NCBI GenBank assembly: GCA_050951545.1
Contig: JBMNJG010000007.1
Location: 224,001-288,000 of the forward strand
DNA length: 64,000 nt
Reading direction: 5' to 3'
Source of the DNA: Limnochordia bacterium
GTDB taxonomy: Bacteria; Bacillota; Limnochordia; DTU080
Positions 10,291-20,300 of the stretch are shown here, one piece after another. Made by a program: the position numbers and the translations under genes. How positions within the stretch are numbered: the stretch's first letter is position 1; every line of letters begins with the position of its first letter. Under the pieces are notes generated by a model. It saw only the letters and a list, made by a program, of their open reading frames with translations. It was not told the origin of the DNA and did no database searches.

Positions 10291-11298
10291 GTGGGCCGGA
10301 CACGTGTAGCACTGCTGGTAGGTACCGCTGGTACCCAGCGGGTATTCGAACCCGAGACTTTGGCGAAATTGGGAGAGCAAGTGGATCTGGTGGCACATGA
10401 TGAGGAGAGGCCACCTTCGGCAGATGATGCTCGGAGGCTATTGGCCGGCGCGGCTGCCTGCATCACCTCTTGGGGTTCTCCGTCGTTCACACCTGAGCTG
10501 TTGGATGTCGCACCGGAGTTGCGGCTGATCGTCCATGCCGCTGGTTCTATCAAACCGATTGTGACTGACGCGGTGTACGAGCGTGGCATCACAATTACTA
10601 GTGGGGCACCAGCCATCGCCGCTGGCGTAGCAGAGACAAGCCTGGGCTTGATTATTACCTCCATGAAAAACGTCTTTGCACTTTCGACTGCGATTCGGGA
10701 GGGCGGGTGGCGAGCTGGCCGCGACGCCCGCCAGCATGTCAAAGAGATGATTGGCACCACCGTCGGCCTGGTTGGGGCGGGCCATGTGGGACGCCGCGTG
10801 CTGAAGCTGCTAAGCGGCTTCGACGTGCATGTGCTGCTGTCTGATCCTACTCTCACCCCTGCAGAGGCTGAAGCTCTAGGTGCGACGCTGGTGGACCTTG
10901 ACACGCTGATGGCCGAATCTGACGTCGTCTCACTGCATGCTCCATCTATCCCCGCTACGCGTCATATGATCAACGCGGGCAATCTCAAGCTTATGAAAGA
11001 CGGGGCCACCCTCATCAATACGGCGCGCGGCTCGCTGATCGATGAGCAGGCACTGATCAAGGAGCTGTCTGCTGGCCGCATATGGGCGTGCCTTGATGTC
11101 ACGGATCCGGAGCCGCCTGCTCCAGACAATCCGTTGCAGAGCATGCCCAATGTGGTGATGACATCGCACATCGCGGGGTCGGTGAGTACCGGACTGGTTC
11201 GCATAGGTCGTTACGCTGCCGAGGAGATCGGCCTCTTCCTTGCTGGCAAACCTGCGCTCAACCCAGTGACGAAAGAACAACTGGCGCATCTGGCGTAG
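10291..11298 (+). CDS. D-isomer-specific 2-hydroxyacid dehydrogenase
   Basis: Motifs GLVGAGHVG, SLHAP, INTARG, LDVTDPEP, TSHIAG. Confidence 0.9.
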   Translation: MGRTRVALLVGTAGTQRVFEPETLAKLGEQVDLVAHDEERPPSADDARRLLAGAAACITSWGSPSFTPELLDVAPELRLIVHAAGSIKPIVTDAVYERGITITSGAPAIAAGVAETSLGLIITSMKNVFALSTAIREGGWRAGRDARQHVKEMIGTTVGLVGAGHVGRRVLKLLSGFDVHVLLSDPTLTPAEAEALGATLVDLDTLMAESDVVSLHAPSIPATRHMINAGNLKLMKDGATLINTARGSLIDEQALIKELSAGRIWACLDVTDPEPPAPDNPLQSMPNVVMTSHIAGSVSTGLVRIGRYAAEEIGLFLAGKPALNPVTKEQLAHLA

Positions 11299-11335
11299 GG
11301 AAGAATCACTTCATTTCTTGGAGGGCGAATAGGCG

Positions 11336-12136
11336 ATGAAGATCGGTATCACTCAGATCATCGTGCCAGGCAGTCTGCAGGGTTTATTGCAGCTCTGCCA
11401 AGACGCAGGTTATGAGGCAGTCGAGCTGTCCTTTGGTGAAGGCCGTGACCCCGATATAAACCTGGACGAGGCAGGCATTCGAGCCGTCGGCGAGCGCTGC
11501 AAGCAGGCGGGCGTCGCTTGTACAAGCATTATTGCTCGTTATAGCCGGGGGAGTTTCCTCAGTGCCGACGCTGAACTCAGGCAGGGGGCTCGTCGATCAC
11601 TGTCAAGGGCTCTTGAGATTGCAGCCTTGCTTGGCGCACGGACGGTACTGCTGCACCCGGGGCAGGTAGATGCGTCGGCATCTTACTTAGAGACTTACGA
11701 CAGGTTCATCGACGATATGCGTAGCATGGCTGCTGAAGCTGAAGCGCGGCGAGTCAACATTGGCATCGAGAACGTATGGAACCGGTTTATGCTGTCGCCC
11801 AAGGAAGCGTGTGACATCGTAGACGCCATCGGCAGCCCCTGGGTTGGAGTATATCTTGATACAGGGAACATGATGGCCTATGGCTATCCTGAGCAGTGGA
11901 TTCGTGATCTGGGCCAGAGGATCAAGGCAGTTCACTTCAAAGACTTCAAACGGCGCGAGCATCGCTTTGTGCCTCTCATGGATGGCGATTGCCCATGGCC
12001 AGCTGTTGTTGAGGGTCTGCGCAATATCGGCTACACAGGTGCTGTGATTCATGAGGTTTCGGGTGACCGCGACTTTCAGATCGAGATGGCCAAGCGTATG
12101 CGCCAGATCATGGCGGGTGAAGCAAGCTCCCAGTGA
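11336..12136 (+). CDS. Sugar phosphate isomerase/epimerase (ketose 3-epimerase-like)
   Basis: Metal-binding motifs IENVWN, LDTGN, VHFKD, IHE. Confidence 0.85.
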   Translation: MKIGITQIIVPGSLQGLLQLCQDAGYEAVELSFGEGRDPDINLDEAGIRAVGERCKQAGVACTSIIARYSRGSFLSADAELRQGARRSLSRALEIAALLGARTVLLHPGQVDASASYLETYDRFIDDMRSMAAEAEARRVNIGIENVWNRFMLSPKEACDIVDAIGSPWVGVYLDTGNMMAYGYPEQWIRDLGQRIKAVHFKDFKRREHRFVPLMDGDCPWPAVVEGLRNIGYTGAVIHEVSGDRDFQIEMAKRMRQIMAGEASSQ

Positions 12137-12163
12137 TCGCCATACGGTTCTTAGTGCTCTTTC

Positions 12164-12193
12164 TGTACCCCCGCTGTTCACAGTGGGGGTACA
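12164..12193. terminator. Hairpin downstream of the epimerase gene (probable terminator)
   Basis: TGTACCCCCGCTG-TTCA-CAGTGGGGGTACA. Confidence 0.5.
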
Positions 12194-12304
12194 TCCACAT
12201 GTGTGATAAGGCGAAAAAGGCCGAAATCGGGAGATGAAGAGGGCCAAAGACCGTAGACGCTCCCCCAGTGCTCATAAACGAGGTTGCTAAGGCGCTCCAT
12301 TTGA

Positions 12305-12319
12305 CGATAATTATTATTA
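12305..12319 (+). promoter_or_regulatory. Per/Fur-type operator box
   Basis: CGATAATTATTATTA versus the Per box TTATAATNATTATAA (11 of 14 positions). AT-rich island next to TTGACG, upstream of a Fur-family gene. Confidence 0.7.
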
Positions 12320-12410
12320 GAAAGGAGCCGGTACTGGTTAAGCACGAACGCCGGCTCCGTTTTGCAGAGAATAGGCTTTGAGGGTTTCGCTAGATGAAAG
12401 GGTGGACAAT

Positions 12411-12839
12411 GTGTTCTCGGCCACAGAGGCACTGAAGGCGCACGGTATGCGGGTGACACCGCAGCGAATAGCCATCTACAGTACTCTGATGGCCAGCGAT
12501 GAGCATCCTACGGTCGAGGCGATCTACGAACAGGTGCTCGCGAAGTGCCCGAGCATCAGTTTGAACACGGTTTACACAACATTGTGCACGATGGCAGACG
12601 TGGGGCTCATTCGACATGTGGACGCTGGCGACGGGCTCTGTCGCTATGACGGAAATCCGCGACCGCATGTGCATGTAGTCTGCAGCAACTGCCGCAAGGT
12701 TGATGATCTGGACGTAGAGGCAAAGCTAGATAGGAGAGACATTGCCAGACGCTCCGGGTATGACATAGATGATGTCGCCGTGTATTTCTACGGACTATGT
12801 CCGAACTGCAAGAAGCGCCGGGCTAGTCCAAACCAGTAA
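12411..12839 (+). CDS. perR: Fur-family peroxide-responsive repressor PerR
   Basis: Motifs RVTPQR, HPTVEAIY, ISLNTVY, RYD...HVHVVCxxC...CxxC. Heads the rbr-dfx operon. Confidence 0.8.
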   Translation: MFSATEALKAHGMRVTPQRIAIYSTLMASDEHPTVEAIYEQVLAKCPSISLNTVYTTLCTMADVGLIRHVDAGDGLCRYDGNPRPHVHVVCSNCRKVDDLDVEAKLDRRDIARRSGYDIDDVAVYFYGLCPNCKKRRASPNQ

Positions 12840-12856
12840 CTTAGGAGGCAGAGCCA

Positions 12857-13393
12857 GTGAACCTAAAGGGATCGCAGACGGAGAAGAATCTACAAGAAGC
12901 GTTCGCAGGCGAATCGCAGGCCCGTAACAAGTACACTTTTTTTGCCAGTGTCGCTCGTAAGGAAGGTTACCAGCAGATTGCAGCCATTTTCGAGGAGACC
13001 GCGGGACACGAGAAAGAGCATGCCGAGAGGGCCTTCAGGTTTCTGAAAGGCATTGGCACGACCACGGAGAATCTGAAGGACGCTGCTGCTGGTGAGAACT
13101 ACGAGTGGACCTCGATGTACAAGGAGTTTGAGAGGATTGCGCGTCAGGAAGGCTTTGATGAGATAGCCGACTTCTTCGAGGAAGTGGGCGAGGTAGAAGA
13201 AGAGCATGAGAAGCGCTATCTGGCGCTGCTGCGTAACATCAAGGAGGGCCGGGTCTTCAAGCGCGAAGACGAGAACACGCGCTGGCAGTGTCGTAACTGC
13301 GGCTATATCCACACGGGGAAGGAAGCACCTGAGATCTGCCCTGCTTGTGCCCATCCGCAGTCTTACTACCAGTTGGCAGTTGAGAACTACTAG
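12857..13393 (+). CDS. rbr: Rubrerythrin
   Basis: Motifs [27 protein letters not shown] and C-terminal rubredoxin CRNCG...CPAC. Confidence 0.95.
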   Translation: MNLKGSQTEKNLQEAFAGESQARNKYTFFASVARKEGYQQIAAIFEETAGHEKEHAERAFRFLKGIGTTTENLKDAAAGENYEWTSMYKEFERIARQEGFDEIADFFEEVGEVEEEHEKRYLALLRNIKEGRVFKREDENTRWQCRNCGYIHTGKEAPEICPACAHPQSYYQLAVENY

Positions 13394-13450
13394 CGCCTAG
13401 TTTTCGCAGATGATGCAACGCCGAACGATCCGCGAAGGAGCGATGCAGCG

Positions 13451-13825
13451 ATGACCCAGAGGCTTCAGGTGTACAAGTGCGAGAAGTGCGGCAATATCGT
13501 GGAGGTCTTGCATGCCGGGGCCGGGAAACTGGTCTGTTGTGGCGAACCAATGGTGTTGCAGCAGGAGAACACGGTCGACGCCTCCAAAGAGAAACACGTG
13601 CCAGTTGTCGAAAAAGGCGCTGACGCAGTGACGGTCGCAGTAGGAAGTGCTGCACATCCTATGATTGAAAAGCACTACATTGAGTGGATAGACATAGTGG
13701 TCGACGGCAAGGTCTACAGAGAGTTTCTCGCTCCCGATCAGGAGCCAAAGGCCGTTTTCAGGGCTGTAGACGGTGATCTTTACGCTCGTGCGTACTGCAA
13801 CCTGCATGGACTGTGGAAAGGCTAG
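13451..13825 (+). CDS. dfx: Desulfoferrodoxin (2Fe superoxide reductase)
   Basis: Motifs YKCEKCGN...CCG, EKHVP, HPM...HYIEWI, YCNLHGLW. Confidence 0.95.
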   Translation: MTQRLQVYKCEKCGNIVEVLHAGAGKLVCCGEPMVLQQENTVDASKEKHVPVVEKGADAVTVAVGSAAHPMIEKHYIEWIDIVVDGKVYREFLAPDQEPKAVFRAVDGDLYARAYCNLHGLWKG

Positions 13826-13898
13826 TTTGGTGTGAAGTGGTCAGGTGCAGACTCTGCACCTGACCGCAGTCAATACTCTCGGGGAGGTCGCATACTCG

Positions 13899-16800
13899 AT
13901 GCCTGCGCTCCGCTTCATTCTGGGTAGGGCGGGCTCTGGCAAGACGCACACCTGCATCGCTGAAATCGCCGCTCGTCTTCAGAAGGCACCTATGGGGCCA
14001 CCTCTCTTACTCGTGCTTCCAGATCAGGCCACTTTTCAGATGGAGCGCGCTGTCGTTCAAGCCTTGCCAAGCCGGGGTTTTGTTCGTTTGCGTGTGCTAA
14101 GTTTCAAGCGCTTAGCCTTGGCTATTCTCGCGGAAGTGGGCGGGTTGGCCCGACCTGCCCTCACACAGACGGGCCGCCAGATGTTGCTGCGTTCGCTGTT
14201 GCATGAGCATAGCGAAGATCTGCAGGTTTTCGGTCGTTCAGCCCGCCAGCCGGGCTTTGTCTCCGAGCTGGAGACGATGCTGCGCGAGCTGGCCGAGTGT
14301 GGGCATTCCCCACGAGACGCAGCCGGGGCCGCACGGCGGCTCCCCGACACGGCGGCGAAGCAGAAACTGGAGGACCTCGCTTTGCTGTGGGAGGCCTATC
14401 GGAAGGCCTTGGCACCGCGTCACGCAGATCCCGACGCTTATTTGACAACCGCCACCGAGAAGGGGTTGGCGTCGGCTCTGCTCCGTGACGCAGAGGTTTG
14501 GGTAGATGGTTTCGCATCCTTCACACCGCAGGAGCATCGCATGCTGCACATGCTGCTTCAGCAGACCCGCAAGTTGCATGTGGCTCTCTGTCTCGATCCC
14601 GATAGCTGGCCGGAGCTCTCTGGGCGGGTAGGGGAAGCAATCGAAGTGGAACGTAGTCTCTCAGTTGATCCGCTGGGGTTGTTCCACCGTCCAGAGGAGA
14701 CGTGCGCTCGTTTGCTTCTGGGGGCCCGCTTGCAGGGCTTGCCTGTTTTGCCCCCGACTCTGCTGAGGCAATCACCCCCTCGTTTTCTCGCTCCTGAACT
14801 GGCACACCTTGAAGTGGAGTTCCCCAGTCCATTGCCACATAGTTGGCCAGCCTCGGTAACAGCGGTTCGGATAGTGGAAGCGGCCAATCGGCGAGCTGAG
14901 GTGGAGGCGGTGGGGCGGGAGATTCTGCGCCTGTGCAGGGAAGAGGGCTACCGCTTTCGAGATATCGGCGTCATAGCTCGAGATCTGCATCCTTACCATG
15001 AACTGCTGAGTGCGGTCTTTGCCGAGATGGGCATCCCCTGCTTTGTCGATAGGCGAACCTCTATTGCCCACCATCCAGTGATTGAGTTGCTGCGATCTGC
15101 CGTAGAGGTGGCCGTTACGCGTTGGGAACTCCAGCCACTTATGCGTTGCCTTAAGACAGACCTGCTACCCATCTCGCGGGCAGACGTAGATGCGCTGGAG
15201 AATTACGCACTGGAGCATGGTTTGAGGGGCTCTGCTTGGTCGAGCACTCGTCCGTGGACCTATGGCCTCCAGCGCGCTTCCGCCGATACACTGGCCCACG
15301 TTCAGCATCTGGACGCTGTGCGTCGGGAGGTTTTCGGGATTCTCGCTCCGGTGGTCACAGTGTTGGAGCGGCCCCGCCTTCACGCCGTAGAAGCCTGTGA
15401 GGCGCTCTACCGTCTGTTGGCCGACGCTGGCGTACCTGAGCGTCTGGAGGAGTGGTCTCAGGGCAGCGCAGCTCGGGGTCAGGTGCAGGAGGCGATGACC
15501 CATCAGCAGGTATGGGATGCGTGTGTTGAGCTTTTGGAAGAGCTCGTCGAGGCCTTGGGTACTACAGAAATGGCAGCTACTGAGTTCGAACAGATCCTGG
15601 AGGCGGGGCTGGAGAATCTGCAGTTAGGCTTGATCCCACCCGTTTTGGATCAGGTGTTGGTGGGCGCTATCGATCGTTCTCGCCAGCCGGACCTGCGAGC
15701 AGCTTTTGTAGTGGGTGTGGGAGAGCGCAGCTTCCCTGCTGTTGGCAGTGAAGATACTCTGTTTGGCGAGGCAGAGCGTCAGTTGCTGGCAGAATGTGAC
15801 TTTCAGCTCGGCCCGACTGCTAGCGAGCGTACTCTGCATGAGCAGTATCTGGGCTACATAGCGTTTACTCGGGCGGCCGAGTATCTATGGATCAGCTATC
15901 CTCTAGCGGGTGATGACGGTCGGGCCTTGGCCCCCTCGCCTTTTGTCTCGCGTCTGCGGGCCATCCTTCCTGCACTAAAGATCCAGCAGGCAGGCAACGA
16001 ACCTGAAGGTGCCGTGGCAGAGGCCTTACCCTGGTTAACCTCTCCGCGCAAGGTGGCCGCCTTGGCCGTGCGCTGCCTGCGGTCTGATGTCACAACGGGT
16101 TGGCTGGCAGCAGCGCAGATGCACAGCAACGATTCGGATGTGCAATTCGTGTTGCAGTCTCTGCATCACCGCAACACGGAAGCAGCACTGCCGCCAGTAG
16201 TAGCGCAGGCCTTGGTTGGTGATCCGCTACACGCCAGTATCTCCCGCTTCGAGAGCTTTGCTGCCTGCCCATTCCAACACTTTGCGCAGTACATGCTGAG
16301 GTTGGAGGAGCGCGAGGAGTACCGCGTGCAGCATACGGACATCGGGCTGTTGGTTCATGAGACACTTCACCGCTTGGTGCAGCACCTGCAGCAGCAGAAT
16401 CGGTCGCTGGTGGAGCTGGCGCAGAACGAAGCGCGTGAGTTGATCGATCGCATTGTGGATGAAGTAGCACCGCGTCTTCACCACCAGGTCTTTATGAGCA
16501 ATGCCCGCTATCAGTACCTCGTTGAGCGCCTCAAACGCCTCTTACATACAACCCTCCAGGTCTGGTTTCACCACAGTGACGAAGGTCAGTTTCGCCCTTT
16601 AGCTACGGAAGTGAGCTTTGGCGGACGAGGTGATGCTCTGCCCGGTCCAGAGATGGCTCTGCCAGGGGGAAGACGCCTCTTCCTGCACGGACGCATTGAC
16701 CGCATTGACGCTTGTCAGGAACAGCAGGTTGTCTATGTGCGGGTGATCGACTACAAGGGATCCGGCGGTGGTTTCTCGGTAGCCGATGCCTATCATGGCT

Positions 16801-17390
16801 TGCGTCTGCAGCTGCCAGTCTATCTAGACGTCGCTCGTGAGGCGGTCGCCGCAGGTCTACTGGGCGGTGATGGCCGAGCTCTAGTGCTACCCGCCGGAGC
16901 CTATTACTTCAATGTGCGGGAGCCCACCGTTGATGCTACGCAACCGCTAGATGATGAGGAGTGGGAAAAAAGGCTACTGAAAAGTCTGCGCCTCGCAGGG
17001 ATGACATTAGATTCGGCCGAAGCCATTCGTCTCGCAGAACGCTCGGGTCAAGGGAGGCTGATTCCAGCGAGGTTGACCAAAGACGGCCAGCCCTATCGAG
17101 ACGCTTTGGTCGTGTCCGACGAACGGATGCAGCAGCTATTTCGTGTGGTGAGGCAGCGCATGCAGGAGTTCTCCACTCGGATTCTGGCCGGAGAGGTGAG
17201 CCCTCGACCGTTCCGCTATGCAGCAGGCAGGTCGGGCTGCCGTTTCTGCCGCTATCACGAAGTATGCCACTTCGACCCCCAGGTGCCTGGCGATTTCTAC
17301 CGGCCGCTGGAGTATCGGGAAAATCGGCGAGCCTGGGAGTGGCTCGATACGGGGACTGGAGGGATGTCTGATGCCGCAGTGGACCGATGA
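13899..17390 (+). CDS. addB: ATP-dependent helicase/nuclease subunit AddB
   Basis: Motifs GRAGSGKT, VDGF, ACPF, GRIDRID, IDYK, LQLPVY and CRFCRYHEVC (Fe-S staple). GGAGG RBS precedes ATG at 13899. Confidence 0.95.
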   Translation: MPALRFILGRAGSGKTHTCIAEIAARLQKAPMGPPLLLVLPDQATFQMERAVVQALPSRGFVRLRVLSFKRLALAILAEVGGLARPALTQTGRQMLLRSLLHEHSEDLQVFGRSARQPGFVSELETMLRELAECGHSPRDAAGAARRLPDTAAKQKLEDLALLWEAYRKALAPRHADPDAYLTTATEKGLASALLRDAEVWVDGFASFTPQEHRMLHMLLQQTRKLHVALCLDPDSWPELSGRVGEAIEVERSLSVDPLGLFHRPEETCARLLLGARLQGLPVLPPTLLRQSPPRFLAPELAHLEVEFPSPLPHSWPASVTAVRIVEAANRRAEVEAVGREILRLCREEGYRFRDIGVIARDLHPYHELLSAVFAEMGIPCFVDRRTSIAHHPVIELLRSAVEVAVTRWELQPLMRCLKTDLLPISRADVDALENYALEHGLRGSAWSSTRPWTYGLQRASADTLAHVQHLDAVRREVFGILAPVVTVLERPRLHAVEACEALYRLLADAGVPERLEEWSQGSAARGQVQEAMTHQQVWDACVELLEELVEALGTTEMAATEFEQILEAGLENLQLGLIPPVLDQVLVGAIDRSRQPDLRAAFVVGVGERSFPAVGSEDTLFGEAERQLLAECDFQLGPTASERTLHEQYLGYIAFTRAAEYLWISYPLAGDDGRALAPSPFVSRLRAILPALKIQQAGNEPEGAVAEALPWLTSPRKVAALAVRCLRSDVTTGWLAAAQMHSNDSDVQFVLQSLHHRNTEAALPPVVAQALVGDPLHASISRFESFAACPFQHFAQYMLRLEEREEYRVQHTDIGLLVHETLHRLVQHLQQQNRSLVELAQNEARELIDRIVDEVAPRLHHQVFMSNARYQYLVERLKRLLHTTLQVWFHHSDEGQFRPLATEVSFGGRGDALPGPEMALPGGRRLFLHGRIDRIDACQEQQVVYVRVIDYKGSGGGFSVADAYHGLRLQLPVYLDVAREAVAAGLLGGDGRALVLPAGAYYFNVREPTVDATQPLDDEEWEKRLLKSLRLAGMTLDSAEAIRLAERSGQGRLIPARLTKDGQPYRDALVVSDERMQQLFRVVRQRMQEFSTRILAGEVSPRPFRYAAGRSGCRFCRYHEVCHFDPQVPGDFYRPLEYRENRRAWEWLDTGTGGMSDAAVDR

Positions 17391-20300
17391 GCAGTGGGAG
17401 GCCATCACCGCTCGGAATGAGAGCCTGTTGGTATCAGCAGCCGCTGGATCGGGCAAGACCGCTGTCTTGGTGGAACGGGTCTGCCACTACCTTGTAGAAC
17501 TCGGCGGCGACATTGATCAGCTGCTGGTAGTGACGTTTACCGAAGCCGCAGCCGCGGAGATGCGGCAACGCATCGCTGCCGCTTTGCGTGCTCGCTTGGC
17601 GCAAGAGCCCACCAATAGGCATCTGCTGCGCCAGCTGGCGTTACTGGAGCAGGCTCATATCTCTACGATTCACGCTTTCTGTCTGCGGATGCTGCGGCGC
17701 TTTTTCTATCGCGTCGATCTGGACCCTGCCTTTCGGGTGATGGACGACGCCGAGGACCGCCTACTCAAGTTGGAGGTACTCGAACACACGCTGGAGGCGC
17801 ACTATTCCGCTGAACAGCCAGGAGCGGCCTTCTATGAGTTGGTAGATCGCTATAGTGATCGCAGTGGAGGCATGCTTCAGGAACTCGTGTTGCGCCTGCA
17901 CGATTTCGCTCAGAGTCAGGTCTTTCCAGCCGTTTGGCTGCAGAACTGCAAAGAGGCCTTCGCCGTAGGTCCGGAGGCTACCCTGGAGGAACTGCGCTGG
18001 TATGGCGTGGTTCGGGAGCAGGCTCGAGCGGAGCTAGAAAACGCCCAAGCAGCATTGGAGGCCGCTCTCAGCTTGACCGCGCATCCCAACGGACCTGATC
18101 ACTACACCAAGCCCGTGCAGTCCGATCTAGCCTTGGTGTCCGATCTAGAACGCCAGGTGCGCACAGGCACGTGGGATGGCATGGTGGAGGCGTGCCAGAA
18201 GATGGTCTTTGCTGCAGCCCGAGGCAGAGCCAAAAATGATGTGGATCAGGAGCTTTTGGAGCAAGTCAAAGCCCTGCGCGATGAGGCAAAGAGGCTGCTG
18301 CGCGGGTTAGCAGAGACGCTCTACACGCGCTCGGCCTCCCAAATGCTCGGGGATCTGCGTAGCCTACAGCGGCCCATGGAGACCCTCATCGGGCTGGTGG
18401 ACGAGTTCTCCAGGCACTACGTGCAGGCCAAGCAAAGCCGCGGGCTCGTCAACTTCTCGGACCTAGAGCGACTAGCGCTACGCCTACTACTAGCTCCGGA
18501 AAGCACAGCGGAGCAGTTGACTCCTTCTGCCACCGCCCTCGAGCTACAGGAGCAATTCACCGAAGTGCTCTGTGATGAGTACCAGGATATCAACCCAGTG
18601 CAGAATGCTTTGCTTGGGCTGGTGGCAGGGGAGCATGGTACCGCTGCCGACGTGACTCCACGGCTATTTGTGGTGGGTGATGTCAAGCAGAGCATCTATC
18701 GCTTTCGCTTGGCTGAGCCTCGTATTTTCTTGGAGCGTGCACAGATGGCGACGGAAGGTAGCGCGTGCCGACGCGTGGATTTGGCGGCGAATTTCCGCTG
18801 TCGGCGGTCTATCGTTGATGGTGTGAATCGGTTTTTTAGCGCGTTTATGAGTGAGGCGGTAGGTGATGTGCGCTACGATGCACGGGCTGCGCTGGTACAC
18901 AGAGCCAACTATCCAGCCCAGCCAACAAGAGAGGATCCACCGATCGAGGTCTTTCTGCTGGAAGGTGATCCCCGACTTGTCGAGGAGGCGCGTCACACTC
19001 AGCTGGTAACCGATGGCGCTGAGAGGGGGTCATCAGAGTCTCGCACGGACGATAGTGGTGAGGAGGGCGAGGAGACGGTTGATCTTACGTCTCTGGAGCG
19101 TGAAGCCGTGCTGATCGCCCGGCGCATCACTGAACTCATGGAAGAGCCCTGCCTGGTGTGGGACAAAAAAGAACAAGTCTACCGACCTTTACGCTATCGT
19201 GATATCGCTATACTGTTACGAGCCACCCAGGTCAAGGCAAGTTACTTCATCGATACCTTCCGTCGCGAAGGAGTACCCTTGTACGCCGAAACGGGAGCAG
19301 GCTACTTCCGCGCCCCTGAAGTAGAGACCTTCATGGCCTTGCTTGCCATCATCGACAATCCCCGGCAGGACATACCCCTGGCGGGTGTGTTGCGGTCTCC
19401 TTTAGGTCAGTTCACTGCTGCGGAGCTGGCAGATATTCGGTTGGCCGCATCCGAGGGTGATTTCTATACTGCAGTAGTAGGCCGAGCTGAGAGTGAGGAT
19501 GCCCTTGGCCAGAGACTGACTGTTTTTCTTACCAGGCTTGACGAGTGGAGAACGCGCGCTAGGCGTGGGGCTCTTTCACAACTGCTGTGGGGTATCTACA
19601 GTGAGACAGGCTACTACGACTATGTAGGGGGCATGCCTGGTGGAGGCCAGAGGCAGGCCAACCTACGGGCGCTCTACGATCGGGCCAGGCAGTTTGACCA
19701 GTTTGCTCGGCAAGGGTTGCTACGTTTTCTGCAGTTCATCGGTGATCTGCGCTCTGCGGGCGAGGATCTGGGAACGGCCCCCGCTCTCGGTGAGAATGAA
19801 GATGTCGTACGCCTAATGAGTATTCACAGGAGCAAGGGTCTGGAGTTTCCAGTGGTCTTCGTGGCAGGCCTGGGTACAGCGTTCAACCAGCGTGACTTGG
19901 TGGGTAGTCTTATCTATGATAGAGAACTGGGACTCGGGCCGCAGTTGGTGGATCCGGCTCGCTATACGCGGGCACATACTTTGGCGAGTCTGGGGGTGCG
20001 GGAGAGCATAAGACGGGCGAGCTTGTCCGAGGAGATGCGTATTCTGTATGTGGCTCTCACGAGAGCTCGAGAACGCTTATTCTTGGTGGCGACGGTGCGC
20101 GGGCTGACGACAAGCTGTGAGCGTTGGCAGCAGACTGCGGAAACCATACGAGCCACTGGCACTATGCCTACGTTTCGGGTCGTGACCGCCCGACGTTTCA
20201 GTGATTGGATGGGCCCGGTGCTGGCTGCCATGGAACTGATCCCAGCTGACGTGGAGGCGAGGCGACCAGTTGCAGCCGAGGTACCAGGTTGGCGCTTGCA

